Source of the DNA: an uncultured Chloroflexia bacterium
GTDB lineage: Bacteria > Chloroflexota > Limnocylindria > Limnocylindrales > CSP1-4
Direction of reading: 5' to 3'
Length of the DNA stretch: 64,000 nucleotides
Assembly: GCA_963835335.1 (NCBI GenBank)
Contig: CAWIFB010000005.1
Location: forward strand, 7,657 to 71,656
Shown: positions 28,310-39,565 of the stretch, one piece after another
How positions within the stretch are numbered: the first letter of the stretch is position 1
Layout: every line of letters starts with the position of its first letter
Made by a program: the position numbers and the translations under genes
Notes under the pieces: generated by a model
Databases searched by the model: none
Told to the model about the DNA's origin: nothing
Seen by the model: the letters and a program-made list of their open reading frames with translations, nothing else

Positions 28310-29716
28310 TCAGGTCTTGCGACGCTCCAGGGGCAGGCAGACCTCGAAGCACGTCTCGCCGGGCTTTGACCGGACGTTGATCCGGCCGCCGTGGCGGGCG
28401 ACCACGTTGTGCGAGATGTGGAGCCCGAGCCCGGTCCCGCTGCCGGGCGGCTTGGTCGTGTAGAACGGTTCGAAGATCCGGTCCCGCACCTCGGGCGGCA
28501 TCCCCGGTCCGTTGTCGCAGATCTCCACGACCAGATCGGTGTCGCGCACGTACGCCCGGATCCGGATCTCGCCGCGTCCGTCCATGGCGCCGATCGCGTT
28601 GTCCAGGATGTTGGTCCAGACCTGGTTGAGCTCGCTGCCGAACGCCTCGATATCGGGCAGGTCCGGCTGGTAGTCGCGCGTGACGGTGATCCCCGCCTTG
28701 GTCTTGGCGCGCAGGATGACCAGCGTGTTGTCGAGCCCGGACCGGACGTCCACCTGCTGGACCGGAGCCTGGTCCATGAACGAGTACTCCTTGACCGCCT
28801 TGACGATCTCGGAGATGCGCCGGGCACCGGTCGCGACCTCGTCCACGAGCGCGTGGACCGCGCTGCCGGCGGCGACCCAGGCCAGGATCGGACCGAGCGC
28901 CTCGCCCGGGAACTCCGCCTCGATCTGCTCGAGGTTGGCGCGCTCCCAACCGCCGGTCACGAGCGCCGGGGCGAGCTCGCCCGCATCGGCCACGCCACGC
29001 TCGGACAGGAACGTCTCCAGCTCCCACGCACGATCGCTGGCGTCGAGCGGATCGAGCACCTCCCTCGTCCCGGCGTGCCTGGCCACCTGGGCACCGAGGT
29101 CCGCCAGGTGCGCCGCATCCTGCTGGTCGTCGACGACGGTTCCCAGCGCGCTGGTGGCATTCGCCCAGCGGTCGAGGCCGTCCTCCAGGAGCGCGGCGCT
29201 GCGCTGCACGGCGGCCGCGGGATTGTTCAGCTCGTGGGCGAGCCCCGCGGACAGGGTGCCCAGCGCCGCCAGCTTCTCCTGCTCGCGGAGCATCGATTCC
29301 GTGTTGCGCAGCCGGCCCATCATGGTCCGCAGCATCGACAGGGTCACGGACGGCCGCGTGCGCAGGATCGCGAGGATCTCGTCGCGCGCGATGCGGATGA
29401 CCCTGGTCTGTTCGACGGCCCGCACCGTGGCGTTGCGCGGCTGCGCCTCGAAGATCGCCATCTCGCCCACGATCTCGCCGGGTCCCAGGACCGCGATCGG
29501 GACCTCGGAGGTCCGCGATCGCTTCACCACCTGGAGCTCGCCCGACACGATCACGAACATCGCGTCACCCGGCTCGCCCTCGCCGGCCAGCTGCTCGCCC
29601 GGGGCCAGCTCCACGGGCTCTCCGGTGTCGGCGACCCCGGTGAGGTCCTCCTCGGACAGCTCCGCGAACAGGGGTGCCCGGCGCAGCAGCGCCCGGTCCG
29701 AATCGTCGATCGTCAC
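28310..29716 (-). CDS. sensor histidine kinase with N-terminal cyclic-nucleotide-binding domain
   Basis: cNMP-binding fold (LFAELSEEDL...GEPGDAMFVIVSGEL...GPGEIVGEMAIF...RNATVRA). H-box LSAGLAHELNNPAAAV. HATPase N/G boxes (NILDNAI, DNGPGM, GSGTGLGL). GTG start lies 10 nt after the upstream stop. Confidence 0.85.
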   Translation of the reverse strand: MTIDDSDRALLRRAPLFAELSEEDLTGVADTGEPVELAPGEQLAGEGEPGDAMFVIVSGELQVVKRSRTSEVPIAVLGPGEIVGEMAIFEAQPRNATVRAVEQTRVIRIARDEILAILRTRPSVTLSMLRTMMGRLRNTESMLREQEKLAALGTLSAGLAHELNNPAAAVQRSAALLEDGLDRWANATSALGTVVDDQQDAAHLADLGAQVARHAGTREVLDPLDASDRAWELETFLSERGVADAGELAPALVTGGWERANLEQIEAEFPGEALGPILAWVAAGSAVHALVDEVATGARRISEIVKAVKEYSFMDQAPVQQVDVRSGLDNTLVILRAKTKAGITVTRDYQPDLPDIEAFGSELNQVWTNILDNAIGAMDGRGEIRIRAYVRDTDLVVEICDNGPGMPPEVRDRIFEPFYTTKPPGSGTGLGLHISHNVVARHGGRINVRSKPGETCFEVCLPLERRKT

Positions 29717-29726
29717 GAGCGCCGGG

Positions 29727-31388
29727 TCACTGGTCGGCGAGGTGCTGGTGGACGAAGCGCACGGCCATGGCCCCCTCGCCGACCGACGACGCGATCCGCT
29801 TGACGGACGCTGAGCGGACATCGCCCGCGCAGAAGATCCCCGGGACGTTCGTCTCGAGCATGTACGGCTCGCGGGCAAGCGGCCAGCCCCGGGGGTGGTC
29901 GCCGACGCGTGTGAGATCGACGCCGGTCAGCACGAAGCCGCTCGCGTCGCGCTCGACCAGGTCGCCCAGCCAGTCCGTGCGCGGCGCCTGGCCGATGAAC
30001 ACGAACATCGCGGCAACCTCGAGCCGCTCCTGCGATCCGCCGGCCTTGTCCGCGATGTCGATCGCCTCGAGCGTCTCGCCGCCGTGGATCGCCGCCACGT
30101 TGACGCCGGTGCGGACCGTGATGTTCGGGGTGGCCGCGATCTGGTCGACCAGATAGGCGGACATCCCGGCGGACAACGAGTCGCCGCGGATCAGCACCGT
30201 GACGTGCTCCGCGTAGCGGGCCAGCCAGACGGCGGCCTGGCCGGCGGAGTTGCCGCCGCCCATCACCGCCACGCGTTCGCCGCGATAGAACGACGCCTCG
30301 GTGGTCGCGCCGCCGTAGTAGATGCCGGACCCGGCCAGCCGGTCGGCGTCGGGGAGGCTCAGCTTGCGGTACTCGACGCCCGTCGCGACCAGCAGCGCCT
30401 GGCAGCTCAGCTGGGAGCCATCGGCCAGCTTGACCACCTTGTACGGGTCCTCGACCGTGACCCCGACCACCTCCTGCGGGGTCAGGATCTCGGCACCCAG
30501 CCGGGTGGCCTGGGCGACCGCCCGGCGGGCCAGATCGGCGCCGGACAGGCCGACCGGGAAGCCCAGGTAGTTGTCGATCCGGGACGTGGTCCCGGCCTGC
30601 CCGCCCGGTGCCTCGCGCTCGATCATCAGGGTCTTGAGGCCCTCGGAGGCGCCGTACACGGCGGCGGCGAGGCCGGACGGTCCGCCGCCCACGATCACGA
30701 GGTCGTAATAGGGCAGCGCGGCGTGCGTCCGAAGCCCGACGTGGGCGGCGATCTCGGCGTTGGTGGGCGCCACGAGGTGCGATCCGTCGCCGAACACGAC
30801 CATCACCTGGCGGACGGCGTCCACCTCGGCGCTGACCGCCAGCTCGGATGCCTCGGCCTCGGTCTCGACGTCCAGCCAGCGATACGGGATCTGGTTGCGG
30901 GCGAGGTAGTCCTTGATCTCGTGCGCGCGGGCCGACCATCGATGGCTGATGACGCGGACGCCCTCGAACGGCGGCAGGAACCCCGCCTGCCAGTCGTCGA
31001 GCACGTCCTCGAGGACCGGGTACAGCTTGTCCTCGGGCGGATCCCAGGGCTTGAGCAGGTAGTGGTCGAGCTGGATCGTGTTGATCGCGGTGATCGCCAC
31101 CTCGGTGTCGGCGTACGCGGTCAGCAGCACCCGCTTGGCGTCCGGGTAGATCTCGCGCGCTGCGGTCAGGAACTCGACCCCGGTCATGCCCGGCATCCGC
31201 TGGTCGGCCAGGAACAGCGCGACGGCGGAGCTGCGCAGCTTGAGCCGCCGGACCACGTCCAGCGCGGTCGTTCCGCTGTCCGCGGCGACGATCCGGTAGG
31301 CCGACCCGAACCGGCTGCGCAGGTCGCGCTCGACCGCTCGCAGGACCTGCGGATCGTCGTCGATCGCGACGATGACCGGATTCTCCAC
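29727..31388 (-). CDS. fused response-regulator receiver / glutaredoxin-like / thioredoxin-reductase-like flavoprotein
   Basis: REC domain (VIVAIDDD...LFLADQRMPGMTG...LLKPW). FAD and NAD(P) Rossmann motifs (VIVGGGPSGLAAA, VAVMGGGNSAGQAA, FCAGDVR). GTG at 31388 preceded by GGGAGGG. The TrxR CxxC position reads GGATTE. Confidence 0.85.
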   Translation of the reverse strand: MENPVIVAIDDDPQVLRAVERDLRSRFGSAYRIVAADSGTTALDVVRRLKLRSSAVALFLADQRMPGMTGVEFLTAAREIYPDAKRVLLTAYADTEVAITAINTIQLDHYLLKPWDPPEDKLYPVLEDVLDDWQAGFLPPFEGVRVISHRWSARAHEIKDYLARNQIPYRWLDVETEAEASELAVSAEVDAVRQVMVVFGDGSHLVAPTNAEIAAHVGLRTHAALPYYDLVIVGGGPSGLAAAVYGASEGLKTLMIEREAPGGQAGTTSRIDNYLGFPVGLSGADLARRAVAQATRLGAEILTPQEVVGVTVEDPYKVVKLADGSQLSCQALLVATGVEYRKLSLPDADRLAGSGIYYGGATTEASFYRGERVAVMGGGNSAGQAAVWLARYAEHVTVLIRGDSLSAGMSAYLVDQIAATPNITVRTGVNVAAIHGGETLEAIDIADKAGGSQERLEVAAMFVFIGQAPRTDWLGDLVERDASGFVLTGVDLTRVGDHPRGWPLAREPYMLETNVPGIFCAGDVRSASVKRIASSVGEGAMAVRFVHQHLADQ

Positions 31389-31593
31389 GCGTACCCTCCC
31401 GCTGGTGTGTGCGCCTGTCGGTGCGGCGAAATCGATGCCCCCGGGCGGCATGATCGGTCGGACCTGCCGCGGGAGCGATCCGCGCCCGTGGCGAGGGATC
31501 CTCCGGATGGCGAAGTCTATCGGGTTGTCCCCGAAATCGGCAGGATCGCGACGCCAGCCGTATGCTCCGCGCCGACGCAATCCGCGCCCTTGA

Positions 31594-32160
31594 ATGTCCT
31601 GGAGGGTAGAGGTGCTGACCGGACGCCTGCGTGGATACACCATCGCTGCGGCACTGGTGATCGTGCTGGCCGGTTGCGGGACCGGCTCGGGGGCAAGCCC
31701 CGGCGACCAGGCCACCGGGGACGTCGGTGGCAGCGGGCAGGTCATCTTCACCGTCCAGGTCGCGTTCACCGGCGACGACAACGTCCAGGGATCGTTCGTC
31801 GACAACGACACCGGCACCGGCTACGCCTCGTGCGCCGAGTACGCGACCTTCAATCCGACCGGGGTCGGCTCGTGGCTGAGCCCCGGTCCGCCCGCGGGCG
31901 CCGACACCCAGATCGGTGGCAAGAGCCTCACCTTCGCGTTCATGATCTCGACGGACACCTTCCACGGCCCCGCGACGTACGACGACAGCCTGGGGTCGCT
32001 GGTGATCGGGGACGACACGTTCGTCAGGGGCACGACCGGAACATCGACCATGACCCTCAACGCCGACGGCTCGGGCCAGGGGTCGTTCTCGGAACTGTCC
32101 GACATCGGCGCAGCGTCCGGAACGGAGTCGGGAACCATCAGCTGGACATGCTCGGACTGA
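31594..32160 (+). CDS. lipoprotein, hypothetical
   Basis: Lipobox LAGC after a hydrophobic leader. The exact start is uncertain. Confidence 0.55.
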   Translation: MSWRVEVLTGRLRGYTIAAALVIVLAGCGTGSGASPGDQATGDVGGSGQVIFTVQVAFTGDDNVQGSFVDNDTGTGYASCAEYATFNPTGVGSWLSPGPPAGADTQIGGKSLTFAFMISTDTFHGPATYDDSLGSLVIGDDTFVRGTTGTSTMTLNADGSGQGSFSELSDIGAASGTESGTISWTCSD

Positions 32161-32176
32161 ACCCGCCCGAGCCCGG

Positions 32177-32723
32177 TCAGCCGGGGCTGCCCGCCCGGTA
32201 GCGGTCAACGGCAATATCGATGATCGCGTCGAGGGCGCGCTGGAGCTCGTGTTCGCGGTCGGCACGAAGCGCGGCTTCGATTCCGGGGAGCAGCGCCGAA
32301 CGCGGACGGCCCGCGACGAACACGCAGTAGCGGAACCCGAACCGACGCTCGTAGGCCTCGTTGAGCCGGGCGAGATGCGCCGGCGACGCGGACCTGCTCG
32401 GCATCGCCGCCGCCTCGGCTGCATCTCTGGTCGTAGCCCTGCTCCCGGAACGACGATGCCGAGATGGACCCGGGCGGCGCACCCAGCCGGGGGTGGGCGT
32501 CGATCAGCTCAACCTGCTCGCTCTCCGGCATCGCGTGCGCGATCGCGCGTGCCCGGGCGAACAGGGTTTCAGCATCGCCGAACGGGCGGGCCGAGGCGAG
32601 CCGCGCCAGGAACCGGGGCGCACCTTCGAACAACGGTGCCAGCGCCACGGCGCAGGCGGGAGCGTCGAGCGCGTCGAGCTCCGTGACGCTTGGTGGAAAC
32701 GGGACGGACGCCTCGGGTCCCAC
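32177..32723 (-). pseudogene. uraD: OHCU decarboxylase (2-oxo-4-hydroxy-4-carboxy-5-ureidoimidazoline decarboxylase) with one +1 frame disruption
   Basis: The N-terminal half (..LIDAHPRLGAPPGSISASSFREQGYD) is in ORF 32205-32723. The C-terminal half (HLARLNEAYERRFGFRYCVFVAGRPRS...) is in ORF 32177-32482. Total length is 3n+1. The shift lies between about 32385 and 32432. Confidence 0.75.
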
Positions 32724-32726
32724 GCC

Positions 32727-33056
32727 TCAGGAGCCGCGGTAGCTCGTCAGCCCGTACGGAGCCAGCAGCAGCGGGACGTGATGGCTGCGGCTCGCATCGT
32801 CGATCCGGATCTCGAGGGTCACGGTCTCGAAGAAGCGTCCGGCCCCCAGGTCGAACGAGAGCCGGTACAACCCGGAAACCAGGCCGACCTCGCCCAGCAG
32901 GTCTCGGATCCGGCCGTCGTCGTCGGTCACGCCCTCGCCCACGGCCTCGGCCGCGTCGCCGTCCAGCCGCCAGCATCGGACGCCGATTCCGGCAGCCGGC
33001 CTCCCGCCGGCGGTGTCGAGCACGTGCGTGGAGATGGTCGGACGGCCGTTCGGCAC
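32727..33056 (-). CDS. uraH: 5-hydroxyisourate hydrolase (transthyretin-like)
   Basis: 109 aa. N-terminal ISTHVLD, internal HHVPLLLAPYG, C-terminal YRGS signature. Confidence 0.9.
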   Translation of the reverse strand: MPNGRPTISTHVLDTAGGRPAAGIGVRCWRLDGDAAEAVGEGVTDDDGRIRDLLGEVGLVSGLYRLSFDLGAGRFFETVTLEIRIDDASRSHHVPLLLAPYGLTSYRGS

Positions 33057-33070
33057 CGTATCCTCCGCCG

Positions 33071-33490
33071 ATGAGCGAGCTGTCGATCCGTGTTGGTGAC
33101 CTGCACTTTAGCGCCCGCTGGGAGCCCGAGGCCCCGCGAACGATCGAGATCATCCGCGCGATGCTGCCCCTGCGCGCGCGCCTGATCCACTGCCGCTGGA
33201 GCGGCGAGTCGACCTGGATCCCGTACGGCGACCTGCGCCCGGACGTCGGCTGGGAGCATCACACGTCGCACCCGGCGCCGGGCCACCTCGCGCTGTACCC
33301 GGGTGGCGTCTCCGAGTGCGAGATCTTCTTCCCGTACGGGGCCTGCACGACCTCGTCCAAGGTCGGCCAGCTGGCGGCGAACCACTTCGCGTCGATCCTG
33401 CCCGACGAGGGCTGGGAGGAGCGGCTGCGCGAGATGGGCCGGCGCTGCCTGTGGGACGGCGCCCAGGACATCGAGATCAGCGAGGGCTGA
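33071..33490 (+). CDS. DUF3830-family (cyclophilin-like fold) protein
   Basis: 139 aa with the pattern ...RLIHCRWSGESTWIPYG...HLALYPGGVSECEIFFPYG typical of DUF3830. Its stop lies 2 nt before the hydantoinase start. Confidence 0.65.
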   Translation: MSELSIRVGDLHFSARWEPEAPRTIEIIRAMLPLRARLIHCRWSGESTWIPYGDLRPDVGWEHHTSHPAPGHLALYPGGVSECEIFFPYGACTTSSKVGQLAANHFASILPDEGWEERLREMGRRCLWDGAQDIEISEG

Positions 33491-33492
33491 CG

Positions 33493-34890
33493 ATGGCCGA
33501 CCTGGTCGTCCGCGGCGGTACCGTCGTGACGGCGCACGGGTCGCGGGTGGCCGACGTGGCCGTGGACGGCGGCCGGATCTCGGCCGTGGACGCGGACCTG
33601 GCCGGCCTCGCCGCGTCGGCCCGCGAGGTCGTCGATGCCGCGGGGCTGCTGGTCCTGCCCGGCGTCGTCGACGTCCATACCCACACGCGGGTCGCCACCG
33701 ATGCCGAGCCGGACCGGTTCTTCGCCGATTCTGTGGCCGCCGCGTTCGGCGGCACGACCACGTTCCTCGCGTTCAACAACCCCGGCACCGGATCATCGCC
33801 CGCGGCCGCCCGGTCGCTGGTCACCGGGCTCCGCGAATGGCGGGCGGCCACGGACGGCGACTCGGCGGTCGATGTCGCGCTCAGCCTGGTCGTCACGGCC
33901 GTGCAGGCGGATCCGGTCGCGGAGCTGCCGCGGGTCATCGAGGCCGGCGTCCCGACCGCCAAGGCGTTCATGGTCTACGACTTCGGCGTGGACGACGCCA
34001 CGCTGTTCCGGGCGCTCGCCGCGGCAGGCGCGCACGGCGGCATGCTCGAGGTCCACTGCGAGAACCGGACCATCCTGGAATCGCTGACGGCACGCCATCT
34101 CGCGGCGGGCAAGGTCGCGCCGCGGTTCCACGCGAGCTCGCGGCCGCCATACGTCGAGGCCGAGGCGACGACCCGCGCGATCGCGCTCGCGCGCGCCGCC
34201 GATGCGCCGCTGTACGTCGTCCACCTGTCGTCCGCCGAAGCGCTGGCGGCCGTCCGCCGCGGCCGCGCCGAGGGGCAGCCGGTGTTCGCGGAGACGTGCC
34301 CCCAGTACCTGACGCTGACCGAGGATCGCTACGACGCTCCGCCCGAGGAGGCCGCCCGGTTCGTGATCTCGCCGCCGCTGCGGGCCCCCGGCAACCCCGG
34401 CGCGCTGTGGGACGGGCTCGCCGACGGGTCGCTGTCGCTGATCGCCACGGACCATGTCCCGGACCGGGCCGGCGTCGAGAAGCAGTCGTGGCGCGAGTCG
34501 TTCGACCGGATCTCCAACGGCAGCCCGGGGATCGAGACGCTGCTGACCCTCGCCTGGGACGAGGGGGTCGCCGGCGGCCGGATCAGCGCACAGCGCCTGG
34601 TCGACCTGCTGTCGACGACACCCGCCCGACTGTTCGGGCTGCGCGCGAAGGGAGCGATCGAGGTCGGGCGAGACGCCGACCTGGTGCTGTTCGATCCGGC
34701 GGCGCAGCGGACGATCCGCGCCGCGGATCTCCACCACTCGAGCGACTACACCCCCTACGAGGGGCGCGATGTCCGGGGCGCCGTCCGGTCCACGATCGTG
34801 CGTGGCCGGTTCGTCGTCCGCGACGGGGTCTTCGTGGGGCACCGAGGCTTCGGGCGTTTCGTGGAGCGCGAGCTGGAGCCGATGCGCTAG
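33493..34890 (+). CDS. cyclic amidohydrolase (dihydropyrimidinase / D-hydantoinase / allantoinase superfamily)
   Basis: Metal ligands (PGVVDVHTH), carbamylated-Lys block (AKAFMVYD), HCEN, LYVVHLSS, and ATDHVP at the C-terminal Asp. Confidence 0.85.
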   Translation: MADLVVRGGTVVTAHGSRVADVAVDGGRISAVDADLAGLAASAREVVDAAGLLVLPGVVDVHTHTRVATDAEPDRFFADSVAAAFGGTTTFLAFNNPGTGSSPAAARSLVTGLREWRAATDGDSAVDVALSLVVTAVQADPVAELPRVIEAGVPTAKAFMVYDFGVDDATLFRALAAAGAHGGMLEVHCENRTILESLTARHLAAGKVAPRFHASSRPPYVEAEATTRAIALARAADAPLYVVHLSSAEALAAVRRGRAEGQPVFAETCPQYLTLTEDRYDAPPEEAARFVISPPLRAPGNPGALWDGLADGSLSLIATDHVPDRAGVEKQSWRESFDRISNGSPGIETLLTLAWDEGVAGGRISAQRLVDLLSTTPARLFGLRAKGAIEVGRDADLVLFDPAAQRTIRAADLHHSSDYTPYEGRDVRGAVRSTIVRGRFVVRDGVFVGHRGFGRFVERELEPMR

Positions 34891-34999
34891 GCGGGCTGTC
34901 CCGACGCCCGGCGACGCGCTGCTTCGACGCGCGGCAGCCGGGGCCGCCCCCAATCGCCCGGGCGAGTCAGACGAGCCGCCAGCAGGCTCGCTGCCGCGG

Positions 35000-35716
35000 T
35001 CAGGTCGACGGGAAGAGCGGCGCCACCTGGCTCTGGAGGCTGCGGACGCGGTGCCGCGCATACGCCATCTGCGGACCGAGCACGACGAGAAAGCCCAGCG
35101 TCGCGGCCGCGATTACCCCGAATGCGCTGGCGTGCAGGTACCCGGCGACCATGCCCAGCAGCGCCCCGCCCACGACCGCGTTCAGCACCACGACCATGAA
35201 CGGAGTGGACGCGACCAGGTGCACGATCTGGGGCGTCCCCGGCTCGACCGCCATCGTGACGCCGACGCCGCGCGGGTCGTCGTGGGCGCTCATCACGAAG
35301 TACGGCGCGAGCTCCGGTGCCATCTCCAGGTACGCACCGCGGATCCGGTTCATCCCGATCACGCACTGGGCGTCGTGGTAGTTCGACGAGCCCATGCGGA
35401 GCCATGTCCCGAGGCCGAGGAACAGGACCACCGGCAGGATCACGATCCCGAACAGCTGGAACGAGTCGCCAAAGCCGCTTCCCTGCCCGGCAAGGGCCAG
35501 CGCGACGATCGCTCCCGACAGCGCAGCGAGGTACGTGCTGGCCCGCGCGAACACCTCATTCCAGGCGAGCGAGCGCGAGGCCAGCAGGCTCCAGTGCTCG
35601 GTCGACAGGATCTGGAGGCGCATCGCGGGCGAAATCTCGCCCGCCAAGACCGGGCCGGCGGCCGCCGGTGGCAGGTGCTCGGCGCCCATCGCGGCAGCTG
35701 CTCGCTCGATCGTCAT
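35000..35716 (-). CDS. integral membrane protein, hypothetical
   Basis: About 5 hydrophobic helices. Last gene of the xdh-uricase-aceB transcription unit, 18 nt after the aceB stop. Confidence 0.55.
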   Translation of the reverse strand: MTIERAAAAMGAEHLPPAAAGPVLAGEISPAMRLQILSTEHWSLLASRSLAWNEVFARASTYLAALSGAIVALALAGQGSGFGDSFQLFGIVILPVVLFLGLGTWLRMGSSNYHDAQCVIGMNRIRGAYLEMAPELAPYFVMSAHDDPRGVGVTMAVEPGTPQIVHLVASTPFMVVVLNAVVGGALLGMVAGYLHASAFGVIAAATLGFLVVLGPQMAYARHRVRSLQSQVAPLFPST

Positions 35717-35734
35717 CGAAGGCCTCCCAGCGGC

Positions 35735-37303
<1,569 letters not shown>

Positions 37304-37307
<4 letters not shown>

Positions 37308-38181
37308 GCGCCCACCGACCGGCGGACGGTCGCCTCGATCATGCCGTAGGGCTCGCTCGTGGCCACGAAGATCTCGCCCTCGTTGGTCCCCCCGAACGGC
37401 GCCAGGTCCACCAGCCAGTGATGGAGGTTCGGCAGCCGCATCGTGACCTCGGTGATCCCGGGCTCGGCGGCGAGCATCGCGTTCGCGATCACCCAGATCG
37501 AATGCTGGACGGACTCGCTGTCGTGGTCGGCGAAGGTGGCCAGCAACGTGCGCACGAGCCCGTCGAAGCGCGCGTCCCAGTCCGCGGTCGTGCCCGCGTG
37601 GCGCCACGTCGCGCTGACGCGGGTGGCCATGATCCGGTCGCGCACCTCGCGCAGCGTCGTGTAGCGGTCCCGCGCGAAGCCCGAGAACGCGGAGCGTCCG
37701 GTCTTCATGACCACCAGGTCCTCGATGCCGCCGTCGACGGTGACGGAGACAGGGGCGGCGCCGGCCGCGGATGCGACGGCGACCGCGGACCGGAGTCGCG
37801 CCACCCGTCCGCCGGAACGCATCGGGTGCCGGGGCACCGCCGGCCTCGATCGGCTCCCAGGCATGCTCGCGGATCGCGACGGTGGCCGCGGCCACGGCGT
37901 CGGATCCGACGGCGTCGGATTGGACGAAATGGCGGGCGAGGTCGATCGCGAACGGCTCGATGGCGCCGGTGAGATGCTCGCGTCGCGAGCGCGTACACCG
38001 TGTTCTTCATGGTGTCCGTCGCGACGACCGACGCGTTGTCGCCGTCGAGGAACGCCGCCTCGAAGGCGCCCTCGAGCGAGACGTCCACCGTGAGGTCCCG
38101 GACGCGGTCGACGGGTCCGCGGATCACGCGCACCAGCCGGATCGACTGCTTGCCGTACCGGTTCGGGCCGAGCTCGGTCAC
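37304..38181 (-). pseudogene. urate oxidase (uricase) with two +1 frame disruptions
   Basis: Three consecutive frames carry VTELGPNRYGKQSIRLVRV…[13 protein letters not shown], then [18 protein letters not shown]…[13 protein letters not shown]…FRRTGG, then AVAVAS…[43 protein letters not shown]…. Length is 3n+2, about 291 aa, normal for bacterial uricase. Shifts lie near 37979-37984 and 37787-37800. Confidence 0.8.
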
Positions 38182-39059
38182 GCCGCACCTCCGTGGATCG
38201 CCGCGTCGCCATCGACCCCGGCGGCCTCCGCGAGCAGCCGCCGCACGACCCGCCGGGCGGCCTCGCGCCGGTAGGCGGCCGTCGACCGGACGTCGTCGAT
38301 GGGCTCGATCGAGGCTCCGAGCGCCGCCACCGCTGCCTCGATCGATGCGGCGTCGCGCGGACGGCCCTCGAGCGCGGCCTCGGCCGCGGCCACCCGGATC
38401 GGCGTCGGTGCCACAGAGCCGAGCGCGATCCGCACGTCCCGCCAGGCATCCATGCCGCGCCAGGCTGCGGCGACCACGACCTTGGAAATCGCCTGGGCGC
38501 GCCGCGTGCCCACCTTCCGGAACCGCTGCTCCCGGTCCGCGACGACCGGGATCCGGACCCGCACGAGCAGCTCGTCCGGGCGTGCCGCGGTCCGCCGGTA
38601 CGCGGGCCAGAAGTCGGCCGCGGCGACCTCGCGCTCGCCGGCGGCGCTGCCCAGCACGAGCACCGCGTCGAGGGCCAGCAGCACCGGCAGCGTGTCGCCC
38701 GCCGGGGAGGCGTTCATCACGTTGCCACCGATCGTGCCCCGGTGCTGGATCTGGACCGCCCCGATCGTCGCGGCGGCGTCCACCAGTGACGGCACGTGCG
38801 CCTGGCAGGCGGCGGAGCGCCGGATCCGGGTGTACGTGGTCAGCGCCCCGAGCTCGAGGACGTTGCCCCGCACCTCGATCCCGCGGAGCTCGTCGAGCTG
38901 CCACAGGTTGAGGACGCGCTCCGGGGCCGGACCGATCTCGCCGGTCAGCTGGACCAGCAGGTCCGTGCCACCGGCCAGCGGGCGGTACGGCTGCTCGGCC
39001 AGCAGCGCGTACGCCTCGGCGAGCGAGCGCGGCGAGACGACGGGGGGCTCGACGGGCAT
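38178..39059 (-). CDS. xanthine dehydrogenase family, FAD-binding subunit
   Basis: LAGGTDLLVQL motif and a CO-dehydrogenase flavoprotein C-terminal region; 293 aa. Confidence 0.85.
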   Translation of the reverse strand: MPVEPPVVSPRSLAEAYALLAEQPYRPLAGGTDLLVQLTGEIGPAPERVLNLWQLDELRGIEVRGNVLELGALTTYTRIRRSAACQAHVPSLVDAAATIGAVQIQHRGTIGGNVMNASPAGDTLPVLLALDAVLVLGSAAGEREVAAADFWPAYRRTAARPDELLVRVRIPVVADREQRFRKVGTRRAQAISKVVVAAAWRGMDAWRDVRIALGSVAPTPIRVAAAEAALEGRPRDAASIEAAVAALGASIEPIDDVRSTAAYRREAARRVVRRLLAEAAGVDGDAAIHGGAA

Positions 39060-39565
39060 CAGGCCGGACCTCCGTCCGAAGTGGCGCCGGCGCCGGCGAC
39101 CGGGCCCAGGCGTTCAGCGGCGAGCCGGATCGAATCGATGATCTTGGTGTAGCCGGTGCACCGGCACAGGTTGCCCGCGATCGCCTCGCGGATCGCGCCG
39201 TCGGTCGGCTCGGCACCCGACGCCAGGAACGCCTCGGCGGCCATCAGCATGCCCGGCGTGCAGATCCCGCACTGGGCGCCGCCCGCCTCGAGGAACGCGG
39301 CCTGGAGCACGCCCAGCCGGCCGGGCTCCGGGGCGAGGCCCTCCACCGTGCGCACGTCGGCGCCCTCGACCTGGCACATCGGGACGAGACAGCTCAGGAG
39401 CGCCTCACCGTCGATCAGCACGGTGCAGGCGCCGCACTCGCCCTCCCCGCAGCCCTCCTTGGTTCCGGTGAGACCGAGGTCCTCGCGCAGCACGTCGAGC
39501 AGCCGCCGCATGCCGGGCACCTCGACCGAGACCGGATTGCCGTTGACGACCAGCTGCCAGCTCAT
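39059..39565 (-). CDS. xanthine dehydrogenase family, [2Fe-2S] small subunit
   Basis: Cys clusters GCGEGECGACTV and CGICTPGM...CRCTGY; 168 aa. Confidence 0.9.
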   Translation of the reverse strand: MSWQLVVNGNPVSVEVPGMRRLLDVLREDLGLTGTKEGCGEGECGACTVLIDGEALLSCLVPMCQVEGADVRTVEGLAPEPGRLGVLQAAFLEAGGAQCGICTPGMLMAAEAFLASGAEPTDGAIREAIAGNLCRCTGYTKIIDSIRLAAERLGPVAGAGATSDGGPA

